Assembly (NCBI GenBank): GCA_963724765.1
Contig: CAVRVY010000001.1
Coordinates: 704,001 to 768,000 of the forward strand
DNA: 64,000 nt
Reading direction: 5' to 3'
DNA from: an uncultured delta proteobacterium
GTDB taxonomy: Bacteria; Desulfobacterota; Binatia; Binatales; Binataceae
A program made the translations under genes and the position numbers. Below the pieces are notes generated by a model. That model was not told where the DNA came from. It did no database searches and worked only from the letters and a program-made list of their open reading frames with translations. Shown piece after piece: positions 1 to 8,373 of the stretch; the stretch's first letter is position 1, and each line of letters opens with the position of its first letter.

Positions 1-1550
1 GGCTGCGGCGTGTCGCCCTTGTCACGCAGCTCCTTGCGAAGGATTTTGCCGAGCGGATTCTTGGGCAGCGCCTCGATGAACTCGATCGCCTCGGGCCGCT
101 TGAAGCTCGCCAGACGCGTGCGACAGAACTCGCTGATGTCGGCCGCGGTGACGTTCTGCCCCGGCCGCGGGACGACGAAGGCCTTGACCGTCTGTCCCCA
201 TTCGACCGACGGCACGCCGATCACCGCAGCCTCGTCGATCGCCGGATGGCTCATCAGGACGGCTTCGATCTCGGCGGGCGCGATATTTTCGCCGCCGCGG
301 ATGATCATGTCGTCCTTGCGTCCGGCGAAGAACACGTAGCCCTCTTCGTCGATCCATCCAAGGTCGCCGGTCGCGCGCCATCCCTCGGGCAGACGGGAAT
401 CGTCCTCGCGTCCGGCGTAGCCCTTCATGATGCGCGGGGTGCGGATGAGGATTTCGCCGATCTGGCTCGGCGCCAGCAGGTTGCCCTCGTCGTCGCGCAC
501 GGCGACCTCGACGTCGGGCAGCGGGCGGCCGATCGAGTTGAGCCGCTTGAGCTTCAGCTCGACGGTTTTGCTGTCGCCGTCAATACGATGGTCGTCGGGA
601 CCGAGCACGGTCAACGAGGAGGTGGTTTCGGTCTGGCCGTAGGCGTTGACGAAGCCGACGGTTTTGGGGAACGCCTCGATCGCGCGGCGGATGGTCTGAA
701 TCGGCATCGCCGCGCCGCCATACGCGAGATTGGTAAGGCTCGAGAGATCGGTGTTGGCGAACGACGGCTCGTCGAGCAACTGCTTCATCATCGTCGGCAC
801 GACGAAGGCGTGCGTGACCTTCTCGCGCGCGACCAGTTGCAGCCAAGTCTTCGGATCGAACTGCGGCATCACCACCATCCGCCGCCCGGTCCACAGGTTG
901 GTCATCATCGCGGTGGTTCCAGCGATGTGGTAAAACGGCACGCACACTAACGCGACGCCGCGATCGCTGCCGTCGGCCATCTCAACGTTGGCCGTGACGT
1001 AGGCGGCGAAATCGCGAAAACGCAACATCACGCCCTTGGGCAGCGAAGTCGTGCCGCTGGTGTACATCAGCACCGAGACATCCTCGTCGTCGACCTCGAC
1101 TTCGCCCTCATCGACCTCGGCTGCCTTGGCCAGGTCCGCGAGCCGCGGCACCCCGGCCTTGCCCTCGCCCCAGGCCACCACCTTGGCGGTATTGAGCTTG
1201 GGCGACACGCGCGCCATGAGGTCGAGGTAGCGGTCGCCGGCCAGGAGCACCTTGGCCCCGGCGGTGTTGATCATGTACTCGAGCTCGGCGTCCTTGGCGC
1301 GGTAGTTGAGCGGCAGCCAGGTGAGTCCGGCCTTGGCAGCGGCGTAGTAGCCGGCGATGTAGTTGTCGGAGTTGGTGTCGAGCGCGGCGATTATGTCGCG
1401 AGGTTTGAGCCCGAGCGTCTTGAAGGACGAGCTCAGACGCCCGACCAGTTCGTTGAGTTGCGCGTAGTTGAGCCTGCGATCGCCGAAGACCAGGATTTCC
1501 TGATCGGGAGCGATCGAGCCCGGGATGCTGATGAAACTGACGGTGTTCAC
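1..1550 (-). CDS. Acyl-CoA synthetase / AMP-dependent ligase (ANL superfamily); 3' end runs off the window edge
   Basis: Translated by hand because it is absent from the ORF track (no stop in window). GTG start at 1550 overlaps the upstream TGA. Motifs: MYTSGTTSLPKG (P-loop), NAYGQTET, TGDLG, GGENI and LPKNPLGKILR (A10 Lys). Confidence 0.93.
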   Translation of the reverse strand, partial: MNTVSFISIPGSIAPDQEILVFGDRRLNYAQLNELVGRLSSSFKTLGLKPRDIIAALDTNSDNYIAGYYAAAKAGLTWLPLNYRAKDAELEYMINTAGAKVLLAGDRYLDLMARVSPKLNTAKVVAWGEGKAGVPRLADLAKAAEVDEGEVEVDDEDVSVLMYTSGTTSLPKGVMLRFRDFAAYVTANVEMADGSDRGVALVCVPFYHIAGTTAMMTNLWTGRRMVVMPQFDPKTWLQLVAREKVTHAFVVPTMMKQLLDEPSFANTDLSSLTNLAYGGAAMPIQTIRRAIEAFPKTVGFVNAYGQTETTSSLTVLGPDDHRIDGDSKTVELKLKRLNSIGRPLPDVEVAVRDDEGNLLAPSQIGEILIRTPRIMKGYAGREDDSRLPEGWRATGDLGWIDEEGYVFFAGRKDDMIIRGGENIAPAEIEAVLMSHPAIDEAAVIGVPSVEWGQTVKAFVVPRPGQNVTAADISEFCRTRLASFKRPEAIEFIEALPKNPLGKILRKELRDKGDTPQ

Positions 1551-2380
1551 AGTACTCCGTTTCCTCCAGGGCGGCGCGCCCTCTTGGGGGCGGACATGGC
1601 CGCCGGTGCTCGCTCTTCGAGCCTTAGATTTTCGAGCCTGCGTGCGAGCCGACGCTCCATCGCCAGCCCTTCATTGAGCGGCAGGTCCAGGCCGTCCCAG
1701 ACCGCCAGCTTCGCCATCGCAACCCGCTCGCGCGGCAAGCGGGCCAGGCGGCGTGCCAGCACTCCGGCCGCGCGCATCAGCGCCGCGCCAGGCACGACTT
1801 CGGCGACCAAACCTATTGCTAAAGCCTCCTTTGCGTCAATCCAACGGCCCGTCAGGCAAAGATCGAGCGCCCACCCGGGTCCCAGGCGGCGCGAGGCGGT
1901 CTGCGTGCCGGCCACTCCGGGAATCATTCCCAGCCCCGTTTCGGGCAGGCAGAACGACGCATCATCGGTTGCGATTGCGATATCGCACAGCAGCATCATC
2001 TCGAGGCCGCCGCCCACCGCGTAGCCGTGAACCGCGGCGACGGTCGGGATTGTCAGCGCGCGCAGCCGGCCCCATACGTCACGCCGAAAGCGGACCCATC
2101 GCGCGACCGTCGGCGAGGGCGCAGTGCCGAACTCGCTCACGTCGCCGCCGGTGGAGAACGCCGGACCTGCGCCGGAAAGCACCATCGCGCGGACTTCGGG
2201 ATCGTCGTGGATAGCACTGAGCGCGCCGAACAGATCGTCGCGCATTGCCACGTTGTAGGCATTGAGCTGGCGCGGCCGGTTGAGCGTTATCCATGCGATC
2301 CGGTCGCGCTTTTCGAAACGAATCGTGCTGAAGCCCGGCGACGGGGGCGATGGGCGGATGGCATGCGATGATTGCGCCAT
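1547..2380 (-). CDS. Enoyl-CoA hydratase/isomerase (crotonase) family protein
   Basis: Motifs ITLNRP, FSTGGD, AVGGGLE and LPETGLGMIPG. Confidence 0.92.
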   Translation of the reverse strand: MAQSSHAIRPSPPSPGFSTIRFEKRDRIAWITLNRPRQLNAYNVAMRDDLFGALSAIHDDPEVRAMVLSGAGPAFSTGGDVSEFGTAPSPTVARWVRFRRDVWGRLRALTIPTVAAVHGYAVGGGLEMMLLCDIAIATDDASFCLPETGLGMIPGVAGTQTASRRLGPGWALDLCLTGRWIDAKEALAIGLVAEVVPGAALMRAAGVLARRLARLPRERVAMAKLAVWDGLDLPLNEGLAMERRLARRLENLRLEERAPAAMSAPKRARRPGGNGVL

Positions 2381-2413
2381 GGGAGCGATGACCGCGCGAG
2401 CGGACCGGCGGAC

Positions 2414-3967
2414 TCAGGCGGAGAACAAGTCTGCGCCGGGGCTGGCCGCGACCTCGGGGCGCCCGCGCTCGAAGATAACGCGTCCGCCGACGATCGTGAT
2501 ATCGACCGGCAGGTTCATCAGCTCGGCGGGCTTGAGTGCCATCGGACCGCGCGGCAGCACCATAAGGTCGGCAAGGCGCCCGAGCGCGATCTCGCCCGCT
2601 TCAAGCCGGGCCAGGCGGGCCGCCTGCGTGGTGAAGAGCCTGAAGCCCTGCTCGATCGAAATCCGTTCGCTAAGGGAGATTTCGTAGCCCTCGATCGAAA
2701 CGCGCATCGCGGCGGCGGCGATCGCGGCCAGCGGCCGCGCCGGCGTGACCGGCGCGTCGGTGGCGCCGGCGATCTCGAGGCCGGCCTCCAGCAGGCTTCG
2801 CGCCCGATACAGGTAGGGCAGCAGGCCCGGCTCGGTGACGTACTTGGCGCCGCGATAGTAGGAGAAGCCCGGGTTGGTCACCACCCACGCGCCCAAGGCT
2901 TTGAGGCGCTCGAGATGCTCCGGCGTGATCACACCGCCATGCTCGATACGAAAAAACGGACCGCCGTCGAGCGCGGGCGACATCCCACGCGCGGCGGTCT
3001 CCAGCGAGTTGAGCGCGAGTTCGAGTTCTTCGACCTCGGTGCAATGGAAGGCCGAATCGAGTCCGGCCTGGCGCGCCCGCGCGACCCATCGCGCGATCGG
3101 GCGATAGTCGGTCTGGGGACTCTCGACGAACTTGACCGCGGCGAGCGTGATCCCGGCCGGCTGCGCGGCCCGCGCCGCCTCGGCAAGGGCGTCCAGGTAG
3201 GGCGCGCCAAGCATCATCGCCACCCGCTGCGTCACGGCGCGCCCGCTCACCAGCCGCGCCATCAGCGCGACTTCCTCGGGGCCGTTGCGCACGGTCGCGT
3301 CGGTGAACGCGGTGACGCCTGCGGCGGCCAGTTCGCGACTGAACAGACGCGCGCGAGATTCCAGCTCGGCCGGTGTGACGCGCGGCAACCGCCGCGAAAT
3401 ATAGCTTTCCATCCCGGCCACCAGACCGCTTAGCCGGCCCGTGGCGTCGCGCATCAGGACGGCGCCTTCGGGCGGCTTGAAGTCGGGCGCCTCGAGACCG
3501 AGTGCGGCGATCGCGCGCGAGTTGAGCCACGAGGCATGAAGTGTCTGATGGCGCAGACGGAGCGGATTCTTGGGCACCGCCGCGTCGAGTTCCGCGCGGG
3601 TGGGTCCGCGCCGCCCGGCGAGCAGCGCCTCGTCGCATCCGAACGCGCGCAGCCAGTTGCCCGGCGGCGTCTTGCCCGCGGCCACGCGCAACTCCGCCAT
3701 CAGGTCGTCGAGCTGGCGGCATCGCCACAGACTAAGCCCGGCCGCCGCCGACGCGGCCTCGAGGAAATGGAGATGCGAATCGATCAGGCCGGGCGCGACG
3801 ACGCGTCCGGCGAGCCGAATCAGATGCGTGCGCGGGCCGACCAGCGGCTTGAGTTCGCTATACGGCCCGAGGGCGAGGATGGTGCCCCCGGCGACCGCAA
3901 TCGAATCGCCGCCGGGATAGCCCAGGATCACTCCTTCATGCAGAACCAGGTCAGCCTTGAGGGCCAT
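2414..3967 (-). CDS. Metal-dependent amidohydrolase (YtcJ-like, Amidohydro_3)
   Basis: Motifs PGLIDSHLH, FRIEH, GATDAP and GRLADL. Confidence 0.88.
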   Translation of the reverse strand: MALKADLVLHEGVILGYPGGDSIAVAGGTILALGPYSELKPLVGPRTHLIRLAGRVVAPGLIDSHLHFLEAASAAAGLSLWRCRQLDDLMAELRVAAGKTPPGNWLRAFGCDEALLAGRRGPTRAELDAAVPKNPLRLRHQTLHASWLNSRAIAALGLEAPDFKPPEGAVLMRDATGRLSGLVAGMESYISRRLPRVTPAELESRARLFSRELAAAGVTAFTDATVRNGPEEVALMARLVSGRAVTQRVAMMLGAPYLDALAEAARAAQPAGITLAAVKFVESPQTDYRPIARWVARARQAGLDSAFHCTEVEELELALNSLETAARGMSPALDGGPFFRIEHGGVITPEHLERLKALGAWVVTNPGFSYYRGAKYVTEPGLLPYLYRARSLLEAGLEIAGATDAPVTPARPLAAIAAAAMRVSIEGYEISLSERISIEQGFRLFTTQAARLARLEAGEIALGRLADLMVLPRGPMALKPAELMNLPVDITIVGGRVIFERGRPEVAASPGADLFSA

Positions 3968-4061
3968 CAGGGTATTAATCGCCGGAGCATCGAGGGCGAA
4001 GAGAGCAACCGCGAAGCATCCTCGCTTGTAGCCCGGACTCTAGCCAGACCTTGACCGGACT

Positions 4062-4205
4062 CTAGTCCGAGGACGGAAGCGCCTTGGCTTCCTTAATTTT
4101 CATTTCCGCCTCGCAACACTCGATCGCGCCGGTGCCCGGCTTGTTGCACAGCACCTCGGTGCCGCACTTCTCGCACAGGTAACGCTTGCCCAATTGGTTA
4201 GCCAT
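4062..4205 (-). CDS. 47-aa desulforedoxin-like CxxC...CC metal-binding microprotein (MANQLGKRYLCEKCGTEVLCNKPGTGAIECCEAEMKIKEAKALPSSD)
   Basis: Hand translation; below the ORF-track length cut-off. ATG at 4205 with GGGAG about 10 nt upstream, TAG at 4062-4064. GC3-rich codons and a desulforedoxin-type Y-x-C-x2-C-G...CC...M pattern. Confidence 0.85.
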   Translation of the reverse strand: MANQLGKRYLCEKCGTEVLCNKPGTGAIECCEAEMKIKEAKALPSSD

Positions 4206-4340
4206 CGTTGAATACTCCCATGATCGTCGCCAGCCGTTGCCGGTCCGGTGGTGAAATTCGTCTGAGGACCGCTGGCTGAAAATTCAAGCCGTATGGTCCC
4301 CGGCACTTCTTTAGAGCATCGGACGCATTTCTTCAATCAG

Positions 4341-5468
4341 TTACTTCATCAATTGCACCGGTTGTGCGTCGCTTGCAAACGGCAGCTCGCTCACTGCCGC
4401 CGCGAGTTCGCCGTCCGCGTCATCGATACGCACCACCGCGCCCGGCGTCCATGCGCTGTGATGCAGGATCGCGAGGGCGAGCACGCCGAGCCGTGGCGAG
4501 CGGAGCGGGCTCGTGAGACGGCCGACCTCTTTGCCCGCGAGCATCACGCGCGCGTCGGCGGCCGGAACGCGGTCGCCTTCAATCCTGAGCCCCATCAGCC
4601 GCCGCTTCAACGCGCCGCGCGCGGTCGCCCGCTCGACGGTTTCCTGCCCGATGTAGCATCCCTTGTTGAACGAGATCGCCGGTTCCATCCGTGCTTCGAG
4701 CGCGATCGTTTTGTCGTTGGTGTCGACCCCGACCCGTGCAGTGCCGCTCTCGACCCGCAGGATCTCGGCCGCTTCGATACTGATCTCTCTGACTTCGCAC
4801 CGGTCTTCGCGGCGAATTTCGCCGTGCTCGCCGCCCGCCGCGACCAGCCGCGCAACGATTTCTGGCGCGCTCTCATGCCGGGCGAGAATGGTGAAAGCCG
4901 GCGCGTCCCATCGCGTCACCTGCGCGACCAGCGCGCCTCCCTCGGCCTCGCCAAATCGCCACGCGCCGGTGAGCGCCGCCGGCTCGCCCAAAACCGCGGC
5001 TACCGCTAGCGCCGCGTGCGGCCCGTCTATTTGAATCACGTCTATTTGAATCACGTCCTGCTGAATCACGTCCTGGACCACGCCGTCGTCAACAGCGCCG
5101 CCGCTTTCTTCCAACTCGACGTCGTCGGCGACCAGGAAGCGCTCGAGGTGGGCGCGCACGGCCGGCCACAGCGAGCGTTCCATTTCGAGCAGCAGTGCGT
5201 CGGCGGTGGCCCACACGTTCGCCTCGGCAATCAGATGGGCGCGCTCGGTCAGGAACAGCGCCGCGACGAGGTCGCCCGGCTTGAGTCCTTTGATGTCGTT
5301 GCTGCACATCCCGTGAAGGAATGACGCGCGGTCGTCCCCGCGCATTCGGATAATGACGCGCTCGGCGCACAGCCGCACGCCCGCGCCTTCCGTGAGCGCG
5401 CGGTAATCGGCCTCAAGGCCGCCGGTGGCGTGGCGCTCTGGCGCCATCGTGGAACTGATGTAGTCCAA
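4341..5468 (-). CDS. ygfZ: Folate-binding Fe-S repair protein YgfZ/GcvT family
   Basis: KGCYIGQE signature; GDDRASFLHGMCSNDI. Confidence 0.9.
   Translation of the reverse strand: MDYISSTMAPERHATGGLEADYRALTEGAGVRLCAERVIIRMRGDDRASFLHGMCSNDIKGLKPGDLVAALFLTERAHLIAEANVWATADALLLEMERSLWPAVRAHLERFLVADDVELEESGGAVDDGVVQDVIQQDVIQIDVIQIDGPHAALAVAAVLGEPAALTGAWRFGEAEGGALVAQVTRWDAPAFTILARHESAPEIVARLVAAGGEHGEIRREDRCEVREISIEAAEILRVESGTARVGVDTNDKTIALEARMEPAISFNKGCYIGQETVERATARGALKRRLMGLRIEGDRVPAADARVMLAGKEVGRLTSPLRSPRLGVLALAILHHSAWTPGAVVRIDDADGELAAAVSELPFASDAQPVQLMK
5026..5080. repeat. In-frame 15-bp tandem repeat inside ygfZ (DVVQ-DVIQQ-DVIQI-DVIQI-type units)
   Basis: GTCTATTTGAATCAC twice, followed by GTCCTGCTGAATCAC and a degenerate copy. 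Confidence 0.8.
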
Positions 5469-5574
5469 TTTCTGATTCGACTCCCTGCCAATTCGGCCGT
5501 CGCCGGCCCTGACGATTCCAATTCTATCATCGCCGGGGATTGCGTATACTGTTCCCGGAGGCGCGAAACGTCCT

Positions 5575-5718
5575 ATGGGTACATTTGTTTTCGGACTTGT
5601 AGTGGGGTTCGGCGCGGCGCTTGCGTTCTTCGTCTACGACGAGGGCGAAGTCTTTCTCAACCTGTCGCGGCAAATCAAGCTGGTCGCCGGCAAGTACAAG
5701 CAGGAGCATCGCGCGTAA
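5575..5718 (+). CDS. 47-aa small single-pass membrane protein (MGTFVFGLVVGFGAALAFFVYDEGEVFLNLSRQIKLVAGKYKQEHRA)
   Basis: Hand translation; GGAGG at about 5557-5561 and a TATACT -10-like box at about 5545. N-terminal G-x3-G hydrophobic helix followed by an amphipathic basic tail. Confidence 0.7.
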   Translation: MGTFVFGLVVGFGAALAFFVYDEGEVFLNLSRQIKLVAGKYKQEHRA

Positions 5719-5747
5719 CCGGGCACCGTCGCACGGGGGACTTTTTG

Positions 5748-7430
5748 ATGTTCCGGCGGACGAGAGAGCCGGCTGCTGGCGCGCCGGTGCGAGGGCGTCG
5801 CCGCTGGCAGCGAGCGCAAAAGGGCGCCCTGCTCGGCGCTCTTTTGTGTGGGATGGCGTGTGCGATTATTCCCGCGGCGCGCGCCGCCGATGATCCCGGG
5901 GGCGCCTCTGCCGCACTCAGCAACCAGGCCTTCGCGCTGCTGAACTCGCTGAATGCGCCGGACGCCGACGGTAACGCGAACCCGGGCGCCAAGGCGCTTT
6001 TGGGACCGGTCGCGAGCTTCGCCGGTGATGCGCAGACGCTCAGCCAGGCGCTTGGCGCCGGTGACAATGCCGGCGCGCGGCGCGCCACGGCCTCGCTTGA
6101 CGCCGACGCCGCGTCGGTTGACGCTGCGCTGAAAACGCATGGCGGGGCGATTAAGGCGGATCGATGGGACGCGCTCAAGCAACAGCTCGCCGCGATCGAA
6201 AAGAGCGTTCCACCTGCGCCTGCATCCGCCGCGCCTGCATCTGCCGCGCCGCCCGCATCAGGCGAGCCCGCAAACGCGAGCGCGGCGGCCGCTCCAGGAG
6301 CGGCTCCGGTACCGGCGCCGGCAGCGGACAGCGCCGCGGCGCCGAGCGCGCCCGCGCCTGGGGCTGCGGATAGCGGCGGACCCACGATCAAGATTGAGTC
6401 GCGCAGCGTGGTCGGCGACGTTACATATCTGAAGGGATACTTCGAAGGTTCCGCGCTCCAGTCGGCCGGCATCTACGAAGGCGCGCAGAGCGTCAAGCCG
6501 ATCAAGGTGGACGACGTGATCGGGCGCCAGAAGGTTGAATTCCAACTTTCGCTGCGCGACGCCGATATTGCGACCAACCTTCGCGTCATCGACCAGGCCG
6601 GGCGCGTAGCGACGGCCTCCGTCTTCGCTGAGGACTCGACGGCGATGGCAAGCACTGGCACGGAATCGGGAGTCGAGGTCGACCGCGGCGCCGGCTCAAC
6701 CTCCGGCAGCAACACCGCCGAGATTCCGAGCGCGAGCGCGTCATCTCCTGGCATGGGTGAGGGTGGACCGGAGGAGTCGGCGCCGGGCGCGGATGAAGGC
6801 CTGGGCAGCGCCGGCATAGGCGGCGGACTCGTTGGCGGCGGGCTGGGCGGAGGAATCGGCGCTCCGATCGGTAACGTCCAGATCAACATCGAGGCGGTAA
6901 ACCCGGTGAACCCGCTCTCGCACGTCTACCAGGTGGTCGGTCAGATAATCGGACACGGCGTGCATGCCGCGGGAATCTATGTCGACGGCCGGCTGGTCAA
7001 GCGACTACCCGTCAGCCGCGGCGCCAACGTGAGTAACTTCCACACGACCTTCATGATGAACGGCGGCACGGCGACGATTCGCGCGTTTAGCGAGGGCAAT
7101 CAGTACGTCGAGACGTCGATCGCGATGCCGCCGGCGGTGGCGTCGGCGCCGCCGATCGTGGTCGCGCCCTATGGGATGAACCCCTACAGCCCGTACCCGA
7201 TGGATCCTTACGGAGGTCTTTACGGCAGTCCTTATGGCGTCCCGTATGGAACTCCTTACGGCGCGAGCCCTTCCTACGGCTACAACATCAGCCCCTACGG
7301 AATCACGCGCTACCCGATCAGTCCGTACGGCGCGAGTCCGTATGGTGCGGTTCCGTTCGGCGTCAACCCGTATGTCACGCCGATCAATCCCTACCGCAAC
7401 GCGCTGCCGATGGTCCCCTTGGGCCGCTAA
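5748..7430 (+). CDS. Secreted Ala/Pro/Gly-rich protein with duplicated beta-sandwich-like domains and a C-terminal (S/P)PYG-repeat tail
   Basis: Signal-like segment ending in ARA-ADD. Two related segments (GYFEGSALQSAGIY and GQIIGHGVHAAGIY) and many PYG/PYS repeats. Start placed at ATG 5748; the ORF track extends to 5430. Confidence 0.7.
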   Translation: MFRRTREPAAGAPVRGRRRWQRAQKGALLGALLCGMACAIIPAARAADDPGGASAALSNQAFALLNSLNAPDADGNANPGAKALLGPVASFAGDAQTLSQALGAGDNAGARRATASLDADAASVDAALKTHGGAIKADRWDALKQQLAAIEKSVPPAPASAAPASAAPPASGEPANASAAAAPGAAPVPAPAADSAAAPSAPAPGAADSGGPTIKIESRSVVGDVTYLKGYFEGSALQSAGIYEGAQSVKPIKVDDVIGRQKVEFQLSLRDADIATNLRVIDQAGRVATASVFAEDSTAMASTGTESGVEVDRGAGSTSGSNTAEIPSASASSPGMGEGGPEESAPGADEGLGSAGIGGGLVGGGLGGGIGAPIGNVQINIEAVNPVNPLSHVYQVVGQIIGHGVHAAGIYVDGRLVKRLPVSRGANVSNFHTTFMMNGGTATIRAFSEGNQYVETSIAMPPAVASAPPIVVAPYGMNPYSPYPMDPYGGLYGSPYGVPYGTPYGASPSYGYNISPYGITRYPISPYGASPYGAVPFGVNPYVTPINPYRNALPMVPLGR

Positions 7431-7724
7431 CGTCGGGCCAATTCGAATGTCACGGAGGAACAAGAACAAGCGGCTTGCGGAAGGTGGCGACAAACTTCCA
7501 GCGCCGCTGCATGTGGCCTCGAGCATACCGTGGTATCAGTCACCATCAACCTCGGCGACAGACGCTCTGTTCAAAATCTTAAGGCGCTTGTTCGGCCGAC
7601 GGCGCAAACCACTTTTCGAAGACTGCCCGCTTGAGTGACTTATATCACCACGAAACCGCCGAACTCGACCGAATTCCCGTTCATCGAAAGTCCTCTGCGG
7701 CCTGAGCGCGTAACACCCCCTTAC

Positions 7725-7754
7725 TTGCCGCGCCCTCTCCGAGTCCGTTAGAGT
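7725..7754 (+). promoter_or_regulatory. Possible sigma70 promoter for efp
   Basis: TTGCCG-18 nt-TAGAGT, about 55 nt upstream of the ATG. Confidence 0.3.
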
Positions 7755-7809
7755 TAAAAGTTCAACCGAGAATTTCCAAGCCAACCGATACTTCGCGAGT
7801 GCACCGACG

Positions 7810-8373
7810 ATGCTGATTCAGGCGACGCAATTACGCCCCGGGATGATCCTGGAGTACAACAACGGGCTGTGGCGGGTGATGGCGATAAGCCATATCACGC
7901 CCGGCAACTGGCGCGGGATGGTCCAGACCAAACTGCGCAACGTCAAGACCGGCACCCAGACCGAAAACCGCTTCCGCTCTGAAGATCGCGTCGAGCGCAT
8001 CATCCTGAGCCAGATCGAGATGGAATTCCTCTACCAGGAAGGCGACGACTTCCATTTCATGAACACCGAGACCTACGACCAGATCACGATTCCCAAGGAA
8101 CTGATCGAGGACGTGGTCGGGTTTCTCACACCCAATCTTAAAGTGGAAGTTGAATTTCACGAAACCACGCCGCTCAACGTCTCACTGCCCAAGACGGTCA
8201 ATCTCAAGGTCGTGCAGACGGACCCCGGGATGAGATCCGCGGCGGTTACCAACACGCTCAAGCCGGCCACGATGGAGACCGGACTGACGGTGCAGGTGCC
8301 GCACTTCGTCCAGGAAGGGGAGACAATCACGATCAACACCGAGACGCGCGAGTACATGGCGCGCGCCAAGTAG
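7810..8373 (+). CDS. efp: Translation elongation factor P
   Basis: Loop HITPGNWRGMVQTKL; KPATMETG...VPHFV; 187 aa. Confidence 0.96.
   Translation: MLIQATQLRPGMILEYNNGLWRVMAISHITPGNWRGMVQTKLRNVKTGTQTENRFRSEDRVERIILSQIEMEFLYQEGDDFHFMNTETYDQITIPKELIEDVVGFLTPNLKVEVEFHETTPLNVSLPKTVNLKVVQTDPGMRSAAVTNTLKPATMETGLTVQVPHFVQEGETITINTETREYMARAK

Noticed and set aside
4100-4336. ORF-track 78-aa ORF MKKCVRC...
   Set aside because: It overlaps the better-supported 4062-4205 ORF in another frame and lacks codon bias.
7447-7638. 63-aa ORF MSRRNKNKRL... upstream of efp
   Set aside because: No clear RBS, atypical codon usage and no recognisable motif; cannot be supported without a homology search.
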